Shown piece after piece: positions 15,446 through 27,843 of a stretch of 64,000 bases of DNA; the stretch's first letter is position 1, and every line of letters starts with the position of its first letter. Source of the stretch: Kofleriaceae bacterium (GTDB lineage: Bacteria > Myxococcota_A > Polyangia > Haliangiales > Haliangiaceae); the NCBI GenBank assembly GCA_965215005.1, contig CBDCCZ010000012.1:153763-217762 (forward strand), given 5' to 3'. Under the pieces are notes generated by a model. It saw nothing but the letters and a program-made list of their open reading frames with translations, had not been told where the DNA came from and did no database searches. The translations under genes and the position numbers were made by a program.

Positions 15446-16009
15446 ATGCGGCCAACGCCCACGCGCATCCGACACCCTCATAGCGGCTTCACGTTGATTG
15501 AGCTCCTGATTGCGGTGGCCATCATCGGAATACTGTCTGTCGTGGCACTTCCTTCCTTCATGAGCTACATCCGCAAGGCTAGATCATCCGAAGCTCGCAC
15601 CCAGCTGAAACTGATCAGTGACGGTGCAAGACTTTATTACTTGGATGAGCATTTTTCCGACGACTTGAGAACGACTCTGCCGAAGTCCTTTCCGATGACC
15701 CAGACGTCACCGACACCGATAGCCACTTGTTGCGCAAATGGGTCACGCAAGTGCATGCCGGCCGACGGCGGCTGGGAGAATGACGAAACGTGGCGGGCTC
15801 TAGGCTTCGCCATGTCCGATCCCCACTACTATCGCTATCAGTTTGTAGCCTCGGGAACGGGGCTCGACGCCGAGTTCACTGGCCGCGCCTTCGGCGACCT
15901 CGACTGCGACGGCATCCAGTCTACATTCGAGATCCACGGTACCGTCTCCGACGACTCCAACGACGTTCGCTCAGGTAGAGCCATTGGACGTCAAAACGAG
16001 CTCGAGTAG
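15446..16009 (+). CDS. Type IVa pilin paralog
   Basis: SG|FTLIELLIAVAIIGIL; shares DPHYY, LDCD, STFE and NELE* with the upstream pilin. Confidence 0.88.
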   Translation: MRPTPTRIRHPHSGFTLIELLIAVAIIGILSVVALPSFMSYIRKARSSEARTQLKLISDGARLYYLDEHFSDDLRTTLPKSFPMTQTSPTPIATCCANGSRKCMPADGGWENDETWRALGFAMSDPHYYRYQFVASGTGLDAEFTGRAFGDLDCDGIQSTFEIHGTVSDDSNDVRSGRAIGRQNELE

Positions 16010-16048
16010 CCCTTACGTCGACTGGGCCTACTCTTTCTTGCACACTGT

Positions 16049-17002
16049 ATGAAGCGTAGCGCCATTCGCCTCGCGCTCCTCCTCACGGCGGTTTTGTCTT
16101 TGTGGGGAGCCAGCCAGCTCCTCAAGCAGCGCGTGTTGCACGAGCGCTCGCGCTGGCCGGCGATGGAAGAGCTGCAGCTGATGCCGAGCCCGGCGGTGGT
16201 CAAGAAGCTGGCCCTGGGCTACGACCAAGCGGTGGCCGATCTGTGGTGGGCGCGGACCACGGTCTACTACGGCTCGGATACCGAGCACGAAGCCTCGAAG
16301 TTTCAGTACCTCGAGCCGCTCATCGACACGGTGCTCGCGCTCGATCCCAAGTTCGAGCGCGTCTACGACTGGGCCTCGTACGCGGTGACCTTTCGCTCCG
16401 GCGCCGCCACCACCGATGAATTCCTCCGCAGCGTGCAGTATCTCGAGCGCGCCATCGACGAGTTTCCCGACACCTACAAGTTTTACTGGCTCGCCGGCAT
16501 TCGCTACTTCCTCGACCTGCGCGTGGAGGACGAGGCTCTGCAAAGGCGCTATCGCGAGCGCGGCGCCGAGCTCATCGAGAAAGCGATGCGCCAGCCCGAT
16601 GCGCCCAGCACGCTGGCGAGCTACGCAGCGTCGTTTCGCAGCGAGCTCGGTCAACAGCAGCAAGCCCTGCGCACTCTCGAGGAGATGATCCTTCTCACTG
16701 AGGATCCCAAAGCGCAGGCCAAGCTCGTCGCTCGTTACCAGCAAATCGCCCAGAAAGAATTCCCTGCGGAGGCCCAAGAGGCCAAGCAGGCGTTCGAAGC
16801 AGCGTGGCAGGAGCATCTGCCCTATGCGCCGCCGTCGCTGTTTGCGATTCTCGGCGAGCCGCCCAAGGACTACATCGACTGGCAGGAGCTCATGGCGCCG
16901 CGCGAGCTCTTCACCGCGACGCTCGAGGACGAGCCCAGCGACGCCAGCGACTCCGACCTCAACGACGCCCTCGCCCCGACCTCGACGGCACCTGCCGACT
17001 AA
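16049..17002 (+). CDS. Pilin-associated TPR-like protein (PilG/XapA-like)
   Basis: N-terminal anchor; ADLWW...YYG and LDPKF motifs; helical; directly downstream of the pilins. Confidence 0.6.
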   Translation: MKRSAIRLALLLTAVLSLWGASQLLKQRVLHERSRWPAMEELQLMPSPAVVKKLALGYDQAVADLWWARTTVYYGSDTEHEASKFQYLEPLIDTVLALDPKFERVYDWASYAVTFRSGAATTDEFLRSVQYLERAIDEFPDTYKFYWLAGIRYFLDLRVEDEALQRRYRERGAELIEKAMRQPDAPSTLASYAASFRSELGQQQQALRTLEEMILLTEDPKAQAKLVARYQQIAQKEFPAEAQEAKQAFEAAWQEHLPYAPPSLFAILGEPPKDYIDWQELMAPRELFTATLEDEPSDASDSDLNDALAPTSTAPAD

Positions 17003-17039
17003 CGCTGTCGCCTCCTCACGGCGTAGAGCGGCGCGAGTT

Positions 17040-17744
17040 TCAACGCTGTCGTGCGTGGCGCAGCCAAAACCGACCCATTTCCCACATCGTCTTGGCGATG
17101 ACGCGCGGCTTATAGACGCCGCTCATGCCGGCTTTGCGCGGCAAGCATTTGGCCTCGACATGCACCACGCGGGCGCCGCGAGCGCGGGCGCGCACGAAGA
17201 TTTCGGTGCACATGAACACGCCGTCGGAGTCGATGGGCATCCCGTCGAAGAGCTCGCGCCGATAGAGATAGAGGAAGTTGAAGTCGTCGTAGTCGTGCAG
17301 GCCAAACAACCGCTGCGCGAGCTCGATGTAGACCTTGGAGCTCAAGAGTCGCATCGGCGTATAGCCGGGACGATCGGAGCGGCTGCCGATGACGATGTCG
17401 GCCTCGTCCAAGAGCGGGATGAACTGCGCCACCTCGGCAAAGTCGAGCTGCTGGTCGGCGGCGTGAAAGCAGATGACCTCGTTTCGAGAGTTGCGGATGC
17501 CGGTGAGAATCGCGGTTCCAGGGCCGAGGTTCTTCGGATGGCGGATGACGAGCACCTCGTCGTAGCGGCGCTCCAGCTCCGCGGCGATTCGCGCGGTGCC
17601 GTCGGTCGAGCCATCGTCGACGAGCAAGATCTCAAACTGCCGATCGCCGAACGCGCTGAGCTCGCGATGAACGTCCGCCACCGCCTCTTCGAGGGTCTCT
17701 TCCTCGTTGTACGCAAGGATCGTGCAGCTCACCGAACGGGCCAT
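17040..17744 (-). CDS. GT2 glycosyltransferase (DPM1/polyprenol-phosphate type)
   Basis: AYNEEE, VDDGSTDGT, ADQQ, IVIGSR motifs. Confidence 0.9.
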   Translation of the reverse strand: MARSVSCTILAYNEEETLEEAVADVHRELSAFGDRQFEILLVDDGSTDGTARIAAELERRYDEVLVIRHPKNLGPGTAILTGIRNSRNEVICFHAADQQLDFAEVAQFIPLLDEADIVIGSRSDRPGYTPMRLLSSKVYIELAQRLFGLHDYDDFNFLYLYRRELFDGMPIDSDGVFMCTEIFVRARARGARVVHVEAKCLPRKAGMSGVYKPRVIAKTMWEMGRFWLRHARQR

Positions 17745-17794
17745 CCGCCGATGGTACGCCACCTTTAGGACAACTCGCGAGCGAGCCTTCGCAG

Positions 17795-18625
17795 CTATCC
17801 GCCGGTCTCGAGAAGCGCCAGCAAGTCGGTGAGCGAGGCGATTCGTGCGCTCGCGGTTGGCGCGGCGGCGTCGGTCACGGCAACGAGCTCGAGCCGGATT
17901 TCTGGCGGCAACAATCGCCGCGCATCGGCCACCGCCCCAGCGTCCCGCCAGCTATCCCCCACATACCAAACGCGCATAAACTGCGCGCGGCCGCCGCGGG
18001 ATTCATGACGCAGCAATCCGCCGTCCCGAGGCGGGGCAAGGGCGGCAAATTTCCGCTGCTCACGTGCCTCCTTCGGCGTCTCCCCAAGCGCTTGTTGCTT
18101 TGCTAGCGGTTCACGACTTGCGCGATGAACCACTAGCTGCTCGATGGCGCTAGCCAAACCGCGGCCATCGGGTTTGGGCGCGGGCGCATCGTCGCGACTC
18201 ATGCACACGGTAAACGCGGCTTCAATGCCCGCCGCGGCCAACGCCGGCGCCACGCAGGCGCGACCGTTGTTGGTCACGATTCCAAGAAGCACGCCGCGGG
18301 CGGCCAACGTCGCAACCACCGAGGCACCCGGACGCGGACGCGCGCGCGCCGCAGCAACGCGCTCGGCGTCGCCGATGAGCTGCCACGCAGCGCGCACCAG
18401 CTCTCGCTGCTCGTGCGCCTCGGAGCTCGCCAGCGTGGCCGCTTCTTCGATGCGCTCCAGCAGCGGCCGCATCTCGAGCACCACCCCGCGCGCCGCAAAC
18501 AGCGCCGCCACCGCCGCTCGAGTCGGCTCGATGGCAACCGGCAGCTCGAGCAGCGTGCCGTCGAGGTCAAAGAGGACCGCGACGTTGCCGCCGTAATGAG
18601 CCCTAGCGCTGCCGCCACCGATCAC
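17795..18625 (-). CDS. HAD-superfamily phosphatase
   Basis: FDLDGT, IVTNN, PKPD, YVGDS..D motifs; start uncertain. Confidence 0.85.
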   Translation of the reverse strand: MIGGGSARAHYGGNVAVLFDLDGTLLELPVAIEPTRAAVAALFAARGVVLEMRPLLERIEEAATLASSEAHEQRELVRAAWQLIGDAERVAAARARPRPGASVVATLAARGVLLGIVTNNGRACVAPALAAAGIEAAFTVCMSRDDAPAPKPDGRGLASAIEQLVVHRASREPLAKQQALGETPKEAREQRKFAALAPPRDGGLLRHESRGGRAQFMRVWYVGDSWRDAGAVADARRLLPPEIRLELVAVTDAAAPTASARIASLTDLLALLETGG

Positions 18626-19710
18626 GCGTCGGGCAAGCCCGCGGTGGGAAAGGCATCAAAGCCGGATTCGCCGCGCACCGCCACCGGGCCGCAGTCCAGA
18701 GTGCGCACCCAATACACCTCCGGCTCGACCACCGCGTGGGGATCGGCGGCGGGCTCGCTGTCGTCGCCTCGTGCCATGGAGACCAGCAGCCATGGAAAAT
18801 TGTAGCCCGCTTCGGTGTAGGCCATGACGGTGGTCCCACAGCGGCCAGCGTTGATTTCGGTGACTCGCGGATGGCCTTCGGCATCGCCTTTGAGGTCGAC
18901 GAAGTACACGCCGTGCGGCTTGGAATCAATGGCTCGGACCGCGCGCTCGCCGAGCGCTGCGACGTCGGGTCGGACGACGGTGCGGCTCACCGCCGGCGCT
19001 CCGGTGACGCCCGAGGGCGAGACGTGCGGCAGCACGTACTCGAGACGCTCGCGCACACCGCTCGCGATGAGGACGCCATGGGCAAAGCCAGCCATCCAGC
19101 TGGAGTTGGCGCCCGGCAAGTACTCGCTGGCGGCCATGCGACCCCAGCCGCGATGGTGCTCGACCCACGCCCGCGCGATGCCGCGGTCGGTGCAGGGCAA
19201 GGCGGCGCCGCCGAGCCCGCGACCGGGCGCGCCGCTGCCGCGCACCCACACCCGCCCGTCTGTGCCGCCGAGCTCGGCAAACGCGCGCTCGAGATCACTG
19301 TCGGCGTGGAGCTCGATGGTGCGCGGAACCGCAACGCCTGCGGCATTCAGTCGGCGCTGCGTCGCCGCTTTGTCATCGCAGATGGCAATGACCTCGGGCG
19401 AAGGCAACGCGGTGCCCACTGTGAGCGCGCCAGTGGCGATGAGCTCTGCGACAGCGAACACCTCCACGGGATGCGTGGGAACGATGACGTCGATGCGCTC
19501 GCGGGCGATGAGCTCCACGAGCGCCTCGCGGTAGTCACGGCCAGTGCGAGCCAAGGGAATCCGGTAGGTCTGATCGCACTCCGAAAGCGGCAGGTGCCAG
19601 CGGTTGGCATCGGTTCCGATCAGGCGAAGGGGCTCGGGCGCGCGCCGCAGCGAACGGGTCAAGTTGACGCCGAGCGGCCCGCCGGCGCCGGTGATGAGAA
19701 CCGTGGTCAT
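18622..19710 (-). CDS. ATP-grasp ligase (carbamoyl-phosphate-synthase-like)
   Basis: VLITGAGG N-domain; ICDDK, EYLPG, TEINAGR. Confidence 0.85.
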   Translation of the reverse strand: MTTVLITGAGGPLGVNLTRSLRRAPEPLRLIGTDANRWHLPLSECDQTYRIPLARTGRDYREALVELIARERIDVIVPTHPVEVFAVAELIATGALTVGTALPSPEVIAICDDKAATQRRLNAAGVAVPRTIELHADSDLERAFAELGGTDGRVWVRGSGAPGRGLGGAALPCTDRGIARAWVEHHRGWGRMAASEYLPGANSSWMAGFAHGVLIASGVRERLEYVLPHVSPSGVTGAPAVSRTVVRPDVAALGERAVRAIDSKPHGVYFVDLKGDAEGHPRVTEINAGRCGTTVMAYTEAGYNFPWLLVSMARGDDSEPAADPHAVVEPEVYWVRTLDCGPVAVRGESGFDAFPTAGLPDA

Positions 19711-20462
19711 GGCTCGAGCGGCGCTCCAAAAAGCTCGCGCGCGTTGTCGCCCAAGATGCGCCGCTTGTCGCGCTCCGGCAGCGCCATGCCGGCCACCGCG
19801 CCGAGGTACATCAGCGGGTGCGCCAAGCCATAGTCGGAGCCCATCAGATACCGTTCAGCGCCCAGCAGCGCCACGTTGCGCTCGATGACCCAGTATTCGC
19901 GCACGCCCGAGAACTCGAACCACACGTTATCGAGCTTCTCGCGCGCCACCAGCTCGGCAGCGGCGGTGGCTAGCGGCGGCGTGTCACCTCCGGCGTGCGC
20001 CAAGATGAAGCGTACCCGCGGCCGCGCCTTGGCCGCCTCGACGGCGAACCGATAGCTGGCGATCTCTTGCCAGCGACCGCAATGCACCAGGATGGCCAGA
20101 TTTTCAGCCTCGGCGAGCTCGAGAGCGGGACCAAACGCCGCATCGGTGAGGCGCGCTCGCGACAACGATGGATGGATTTTCAGCCCGGTGAGATGACCGG
20201 CGTTGGCGTCCGCCCAGTCGAGATCGCCGGTGTCCGGGCGCACCCACGCAAACATCCAGAGGGCGCCTCGCCACCCCGCCGCCAACACCGCGCGCGCCTC
20301 GGCGAGCAGACCCGCATTGTCGCAACGATCGGTGGTCATGATGCCCGCTCCGGCAATGCCGGCGTCATCGAGCACCTCGACCACATCCTTCATGCTCACC
20401 GCGCGGCCGAGAAAGTCCGCGTGGCTCCACTCTCCAACGTGAATATGCGCATCGATGATCAT
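19707..20462 (-). CDS. Amidohydrolase-superfamily protein
   Basis: IIDAHIH, GLKIHP, ILAHAG, MGSDY motifs. Confidence 0.88.
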   Translation of the reverse strand: MIIDAHIHVGEWSHADFLGRAVSMKDVVEVLDDAGIAGAGIMTTDRCDNAGLLAEARAVLAAGWRGALWMFAWVRPDTGDLDWADANAGHLTGLKIHPSLSRARLTDAAFGPALELAEAENLAILVHCGRWQEIASYRFAVEAAKARPRVRFILAHAGGDTPPLATAAAELVAREKLDNVWFEFSGVREYWVIERNVALLGAERYLMGSDYGLAHPLMYLGAVAGMALPERDKRRILGDNARELFGAPLEP

Positions 20463-20731
20463 GCGTGTGGGCCCCCTGCCGCTAATCACGTTCACCGGCG
20501 AAGGTTCGCGACGCAAGTCGCAAGCCGCGCAAAACGCCAGCGATGGCCGCGAGACGCTGGCGATACCGCCATCCGCGGGCATTGCTGCGACCTCGCCCGC
20601 ATCGCACCGCACGGGCTCCTGCGGCGTGGGGCGCGTCCGCGACCTCTACCGGCACTCACTCAATTACAAGCGATCATCGGCAGACGCTCGGCAGCCGTGC
20701 GCAGCCCGTTGCAGCGCGCGAACTTGCGGCG

Positions 20732-23458
<2,727 letters not shown>

Positions 23459-23689
23459 TGCGGCATCCTGGTGTTGATCCGTTGCGAGCAGCGTCGTCCC
23501 CCTTACACGGGGGTACCCTCCAACGAAACGACAGTATAGCAACTCCAGGGCGTGGGCCAGAGAAAACCCAACCTGAGGTAGGACTTCCCCTCACAGCAAC
23601 GAACCGAAGAATGACGACGGCTTAGCGCAACCGCGCGCCGCTCCTGACAGACGTCCGAGCCGGGAGCGCGGCGCCCTCGCCGCACCCAC

Positions 23690-25090
23690 TCAGTGTTGCG
23701 CAAGCGCTTGTGCCGGCTGCATCCGCGCCGCACGACGAGCTGGCAAAAAGCCGCCGAGCACGCAAAAAACCACCGAAAACCCGAGGCCGACGGCTAGAAT
23801 CCACGGCCGAAAATCGAAGTAGGTCTCGGGCTTAAACGGAAATGACGGCAACCACGCTGCCGATGCCGCGTCCACCGCCAGCCCCGCCACCAGCGCGACG
23901 CCGATTCCCAACACCCCACCGGCGATGCCGATCAGCGCCGACTCGCCCAGGACAATCAGGCGAACATCGACCTGCGTGGCGCCAACCGCCCGCAACACCC
24001 CGATCTCGCGGCGCCGCTCGGAGACCTGCATGAAGAAGTTATGGGCGATGTTGATCGCCGAGATGATCACGATGATGAACGAGATCAAAATGAAGAGCAG
24101 CGTCACCACGAAGATCGCCGTGGCAAAGCGCTCGCCCAGCGAATCTTCCAGGCGTAGATCGAGCTCGTCTTGCAGCCAGGCGGAAAACGGTGTGATGGCG
24201 TCTTGACCGCTGAGACGCACCACGATGGAAGAATAAGAGCTGGCCGCCGCTTGCCCCACGAACTCCGCATTCCAACGCTCGACGTACTGAATGGGAACCG
24301 TCATGCCGATGGGCATGGCCTTGTCGCTGATGCCGATGAGCATGCCCTGCACGTCGCGTTGCTTAGCGGGATCGATGCCTTTGGAACCGGCGACCATGGT
24401 GTCCCCTAAGCCGATGTAGAAGCGCATCGCGCTGAGGCCGCGCTTGACCACCATCGAGGTGACGCTATCGATCAACGGCAAGCCGTGCGAGCTGGCAAAC
24501 TGGCCGTTGTACAGCTCGAGTAGCGTCGGCGAGATGATCACCGGCACCCGGTGATGGCAGCGCAGATCATCGAGCTGACAGTACAGCTGCGCACCCTCGC
24601 AGCTGTACTGCGGCGGCGGACCGCACGGAGCTCGGGTTGCGGCCAGCTCCGAGGCCTCCCAGTCCTTAAACAGCGCGGCCCACTCCTGGTCTTGCACGAA
24701 CTCTGGATGGATGCCGTCGGCGAAGCCTCCCACCTCGAAGCGCAACTCTTGGCCCTCGAACCGTCCGCGCCCACTTGCCGGAAACGCCACCGCCATGCGC
24801 GGCATCGCCGAGCTGACCTCCGGGCGCGCGCGAATCTTCTCGACGATGGCGTCGTCGAGCTGCTTGCTCATGTCCACGCCTACCAGCGAAGCGCGCGGCG
24901 CGATCACCTTGACCTCGTCGATGGGGAAGATCTCGCCCAACACCACGTTGCGCACCCCCATCGACAGCGCGAGAAAAAACACGAACGACGCGATGCCGAT
25001 GACGATGCCAAACGCCGACAGCACGAACTGCCGCGGGCTGCGGAGAGTGTTGGCGACGACGATGCGTGCCAGCTTTGCGACGGGCATCAT
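23690..25090 (-). CDS. MacB/FtsX-type ABC permease
   Basis: ERRREIGVLRAVGAT; PARRAARMQP C-terminus. Confidence 0.9.
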   Translation of the reverse strand: MMPVAKLARIVVANTLRSPRQFVLSAFGIVIGIASFVFFLALSMGVRNVVLGEIFPIDEVKVIAPRASLVGVDMSKQLDDAIVEKIRARPEVSSAMPRMAVAFPASGRGRFEGQELRFEVGGFADGIHPEFVQDQEWAALFKDWEASELAATRAPCGPPPQYSCEGAQLYCQLDDLRCHHRVPVIISPTLLELYNGQFASSHGLPLIDSVTSMVVKRGLSAMRFYIGLGDTMVAGSKGIDPAKQRDVQGMLIGISDKAMPIGMTVPIQYVERWNAEFVGQAAASSYSSIVVRLSGQDAITPFSAWLQDELDLRLEDSLGERFATAIFVVTLLFILISFIIVIISAINIAHNFFMQVSERRREIGVLRAVGATQVDVRLIVLGESALIGIAGGVLGIGVALVAGLAVDAASAAWLPSFPFKPETYFDFRPWILAVGLGFSVVFCVLGGFLPARRAARMQPAQALAQH

Positions 25091-25848
25091 GCCGGACCTG
25101 CCGCTCCGGCCAGGAGGTGGTCTTCGAGATCCTCCACGAGCACACCATCGCGGATGCCGATGATTCGATCGGCGACCCCGGAAATGCGTTGCTCGTGGGT
25201 GACGATGACGAGCGTGACGCCGTCGTTGCGATTGAGCTCGCGGAAGAAGTCGATGATTTCTCCACCCGTATGAGAGTCGAGGTTGCCCGTGGGCTCGTCG
25301 CAAAGCAGCAGCGTTGGGGAGGAAAACAGCGCCCGCGCGATGGCGACCCGCTGCTTCTGCCCGCCTGATAGCTCCGCTGGACGTCGAGCGGCATAGTCGG
25401 CCAAGCCGACTCGGCGCAGCGCATCCATACCGCGGTCTGCAGCGCCACCGCCGCCGGCGGCAAATGTGGCGGGTAAGGTCACGTTGCCAAGGCAGGTGAG
25501 ATGGTCGAGAAGATTGAAGGCTTGGAACACAAAGCCGATCTCGCGGTTGCGAATGCGCGCCAGCTCCGACTCGCTGGTCTTGGCGTAGTCGCGACCGAGC
25601 ACGAACACCTCACCGCCATCGGCGTGATCGAGTCCGCCGATGATGTTGAGAAGGGTCGATTTTCCAGACCCGGACTGGCCGACCAACGCGAGAAACTCGC
25701 CCCGACGAACCTCAAGCGAAATGCCTTTGAGGACCGCCGCGCGCGCCACGCCTTTGCCATAGGTCTTGGTGACCTCGCGGAGGCGAATCATCGGTGCGTC
25801 GCCGCGCGAGGGCGAAGCGCCTCGCGTATCGAGCGTGGAGTCTGCCAC
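25087..25848 (-). CDS. LolD/MacB-type ABC ATPase
   Basis: [28 protein letters not shown]. Confidence 0.95.
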   Translation of the reverse strand: MADSTLDTRGASPSRGDAPMIRLREVTKTYGKGVARAAVLKGISLEVRRGEFLALVGQSGSGKSTLLNIIGGLDHADGGEVFVLGRDYAKTSESELARIRNREIGFVFQAFNLLDHLTCLGNVTLPATFAAGGGGAADRGMDALRRVGLADYAARRPAELSGGQKQRVAIARALFSSPTLLLCDEPTGNLDSHTGGEIIDFFRELNRNDGVTLVIVTHEQRISGVADRIIGIRDGVLVEDLEDHLLAGAAGPA

Positions 25849-25900
25849 CGGCTTGGGACGCTAGCATAGCCGGCGCTATCGTGCCGCGCGCGGCAGCAGC

Positions 25901-27373
25901 TCATCGTTTGGTTGCGAGGCGAGCGAAGAGCCGCCCATCGAGCACTGAAGCGCTCGCACTCAGCTGCCGAAAGCGTTGCAGACGCCTGGCCAACGCGGCG
26001 GCATCGACGTAGGTGCCCGTGGCCGACGCCGCTTCGGCGATGAGCTCCTCGAGATTGCCGATCGCTTGCGGCTGCAGCTGCACCGCCGCCAGCTCGAGCT
26101 CACCGGCGCGCGCGGGCGCCAGGCCGCTAGCCAATGCGGCGTCGAGCGCGCCTCGACCGACACCCACGAGCAGCGTGCTGCCGTCGAGGCGATAGCCGAC
26201 CGGCGGCAGTAGCGGCACCGATAGCCGGCGCACCGCAACCTCGCCGATGCGGTCAGAGCGCTCGAACAAGCGCCGCTGGGGGATCTCGTCCAGCAGCGCG
26301 CTGATCAGCGCCGGATCGCGCGCGATCACATAGGCGGCGAGCCAGCCATCGAGCGAGCGCGGCGCCAAGCTGCGTATCACTATATGAGCTGCTCGCGGGG
26401 TGTCGCCGAGCTCGAGCGCCGGCAGCGTCTGTGCACAAGCGCTTGCGCGGCGCTGCTGCTCGAGCCAAGCGAGGTCGATGCCGAGCGAAACATCCATCGG
26501 CACCTGTTGGCGAAGAGCCAGAATTCCAGCCGGAGGCGGCGGTGGCGCGGCATCTGCCAGAGCCAGCGCCGCTTCCGGCGCCAGAGGCGCAACCAGCGAG
26601 ACCGTAAGCGCGCCGCCCTGCTCATCGATGGCGATTCCCGCGGGCCCGCGGGTCGCCGTAGCAACGGCCGCCGCACACGGCTCGCCGAGCCGCGAGAGGT
26701 CGATCATGCCGAGCACGTCGGGCAGCTCATCCTGGCGCGGCGCCACCTCGGCGATGGCGCGGGCGAAGCGCTCCGTGACGGCGATGCCGGGGCTATCAGC
26801 GGCCGCCACCGCGGTGGCCCATGCCGGCTCGACGCCAGGCACATCGACGTGCACCAGGACCCATTGCTCGGTGTGCGCCCAGCTGACCTCGAGCGGACCC
26901 GCGCTGACGCGCGCGAGCTCAATGCTGCCAAGCGAGCTCACGGTGGCAGCGCGGGAGTCGAGGAATTCGCGCAACGCCTGCCGGTTCGCGAGGTGGAATC
27001 CCGCCGTTGGCGACTGCTCGGTGGCAAACACGACCGCGCTCGCCTCGACCGCAATGCCGATCGCAGCAAGCTCGTCGGGGGCGGTAAAATCAACCCCCGT
27101 GAGCTGTCGCAGCGCGGCCACCACCGCGGCTCCCTCGTCGGTGATCGAGGCTACGGCGGCGAGCTCGCCGAAGGCTCGCGCCGCATCGCTGGCGCTCGCA
27201 GCGGCTAGCACATAGCTGGCGTCCGCCGGCACCCACCGCAGCGCCGGCCGATCGCGCTCGAGCGGCGAGAGCGGCGCACTGTTTGCGGTGGCGCCGGGGC
27301 CGCCTCCGAGTGAGCGCGAGGACGGACCGCCGCAGCCGAGGCACGAGACGACGAGAATCAGCCAAAGACGCAT
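25901..27373 (-). CDS. Hypothetical lipoprotein
   Basis: Lipobox-like signal (CLGC); 490-aa ORF co-oriented with the ABC genes. Confidence 0.65.
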   Translation of the reverse strand: MRLWLILVVSCLGCGGPSSRSLGGGPGATANSAPLSPLERDRPALRWVPADASYVLAAASASDAARAFGELAAVASITDEGAAVVAALRQLTGVDFTAPDELAAIGIAVEASAVVFATEQSPTAGFHLANRQALREFLDSRAATVSSLGSIELARVSAGPLEVSWAHTEQWVLVHVDVPGVEPAWATAVAAADSPGIAVTERFARAIAEVAPRQDELPDVLGMIDLSRLGEPCAAAVATATRGPAGIAIDEQGGALTVSLVAPLAPEAALALADAAPPPPPAGILALRQQVPMDVSLGIDLAWLEQQRRASACAQTLPALELGDTPRAAHIVIRSLAPRSLDGWLAAYVIARDPALISALLDEIPQRRLFERSDRIGEVAVRRLSVPLLPPVGYRLDGSTLLVGVGRGALDAALASGLAPARAGELELAAVQLQPQAIGNLEELIAEAASATGTYVDAAALARRLQRFRQLSASASVLDGRLFARLATKR

Positions 27374-27579
27374 GCCCCGATGCTACTCGCTGCGCTCGCG
27401 CCGCGCTGCTGCCGGCGGGCGATCCTATGGCAGTCGGCGGCGCAACCGCGCGCCGCGCTCGCCGATACAACTTGGCAGTCCATGCAACAGGAGCTCACTA
27501 TGAAACCGCCAGACGTCGCTACGACTGCGCCCATCCCGCTTTACACGCCACCGCACCCCCTCCGTAACAGGAGCCGCCC

Positions 27580-27843
27580 ATGACCGCCCGCTCCGTCGCC
27601 GGAAGCGCCCGCAGCCGTCCGGAAGCAGTCGCGCTCATCGAGGCAAAGCTCGAGGCCGGGCAATTGACGGCCGCGCAAGCGGCTGAGATGCTCATCGAAG
27701 TCATCGTTCAACACGTTCTTCCCAAGGAGGCGCCCCCATCGGTCAAGCGAGAGCTCACGTCGCTCCTCACCGAGCTCACCGAAACCTGTCCCGCTCTCGC
27801 CTCTCAAATCGCCGAGTTGGTGCCTCGCCATATGCTTTCGTGA
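27580..27843 (+). CDS. Small hypothetical helical protein
   Basis: AGGAG SD; stop overlaps the next start; true start may lie upstream. Confidence 0.5.
   Translation: MTARSVAGSARSRPEAVALIEAKLEAGQLTAAQAAEMLIEVIVQHVLPKEAPPSVKRELTSLLTELTETCPALASQIAELVPRHMLS

Noticed and set aside
14808..16009. Conductive e-pilins
   Set aside because: These are full-length (~170 aa mature) pilins, not truncated Geobacter-type; aromatic density was not computed.
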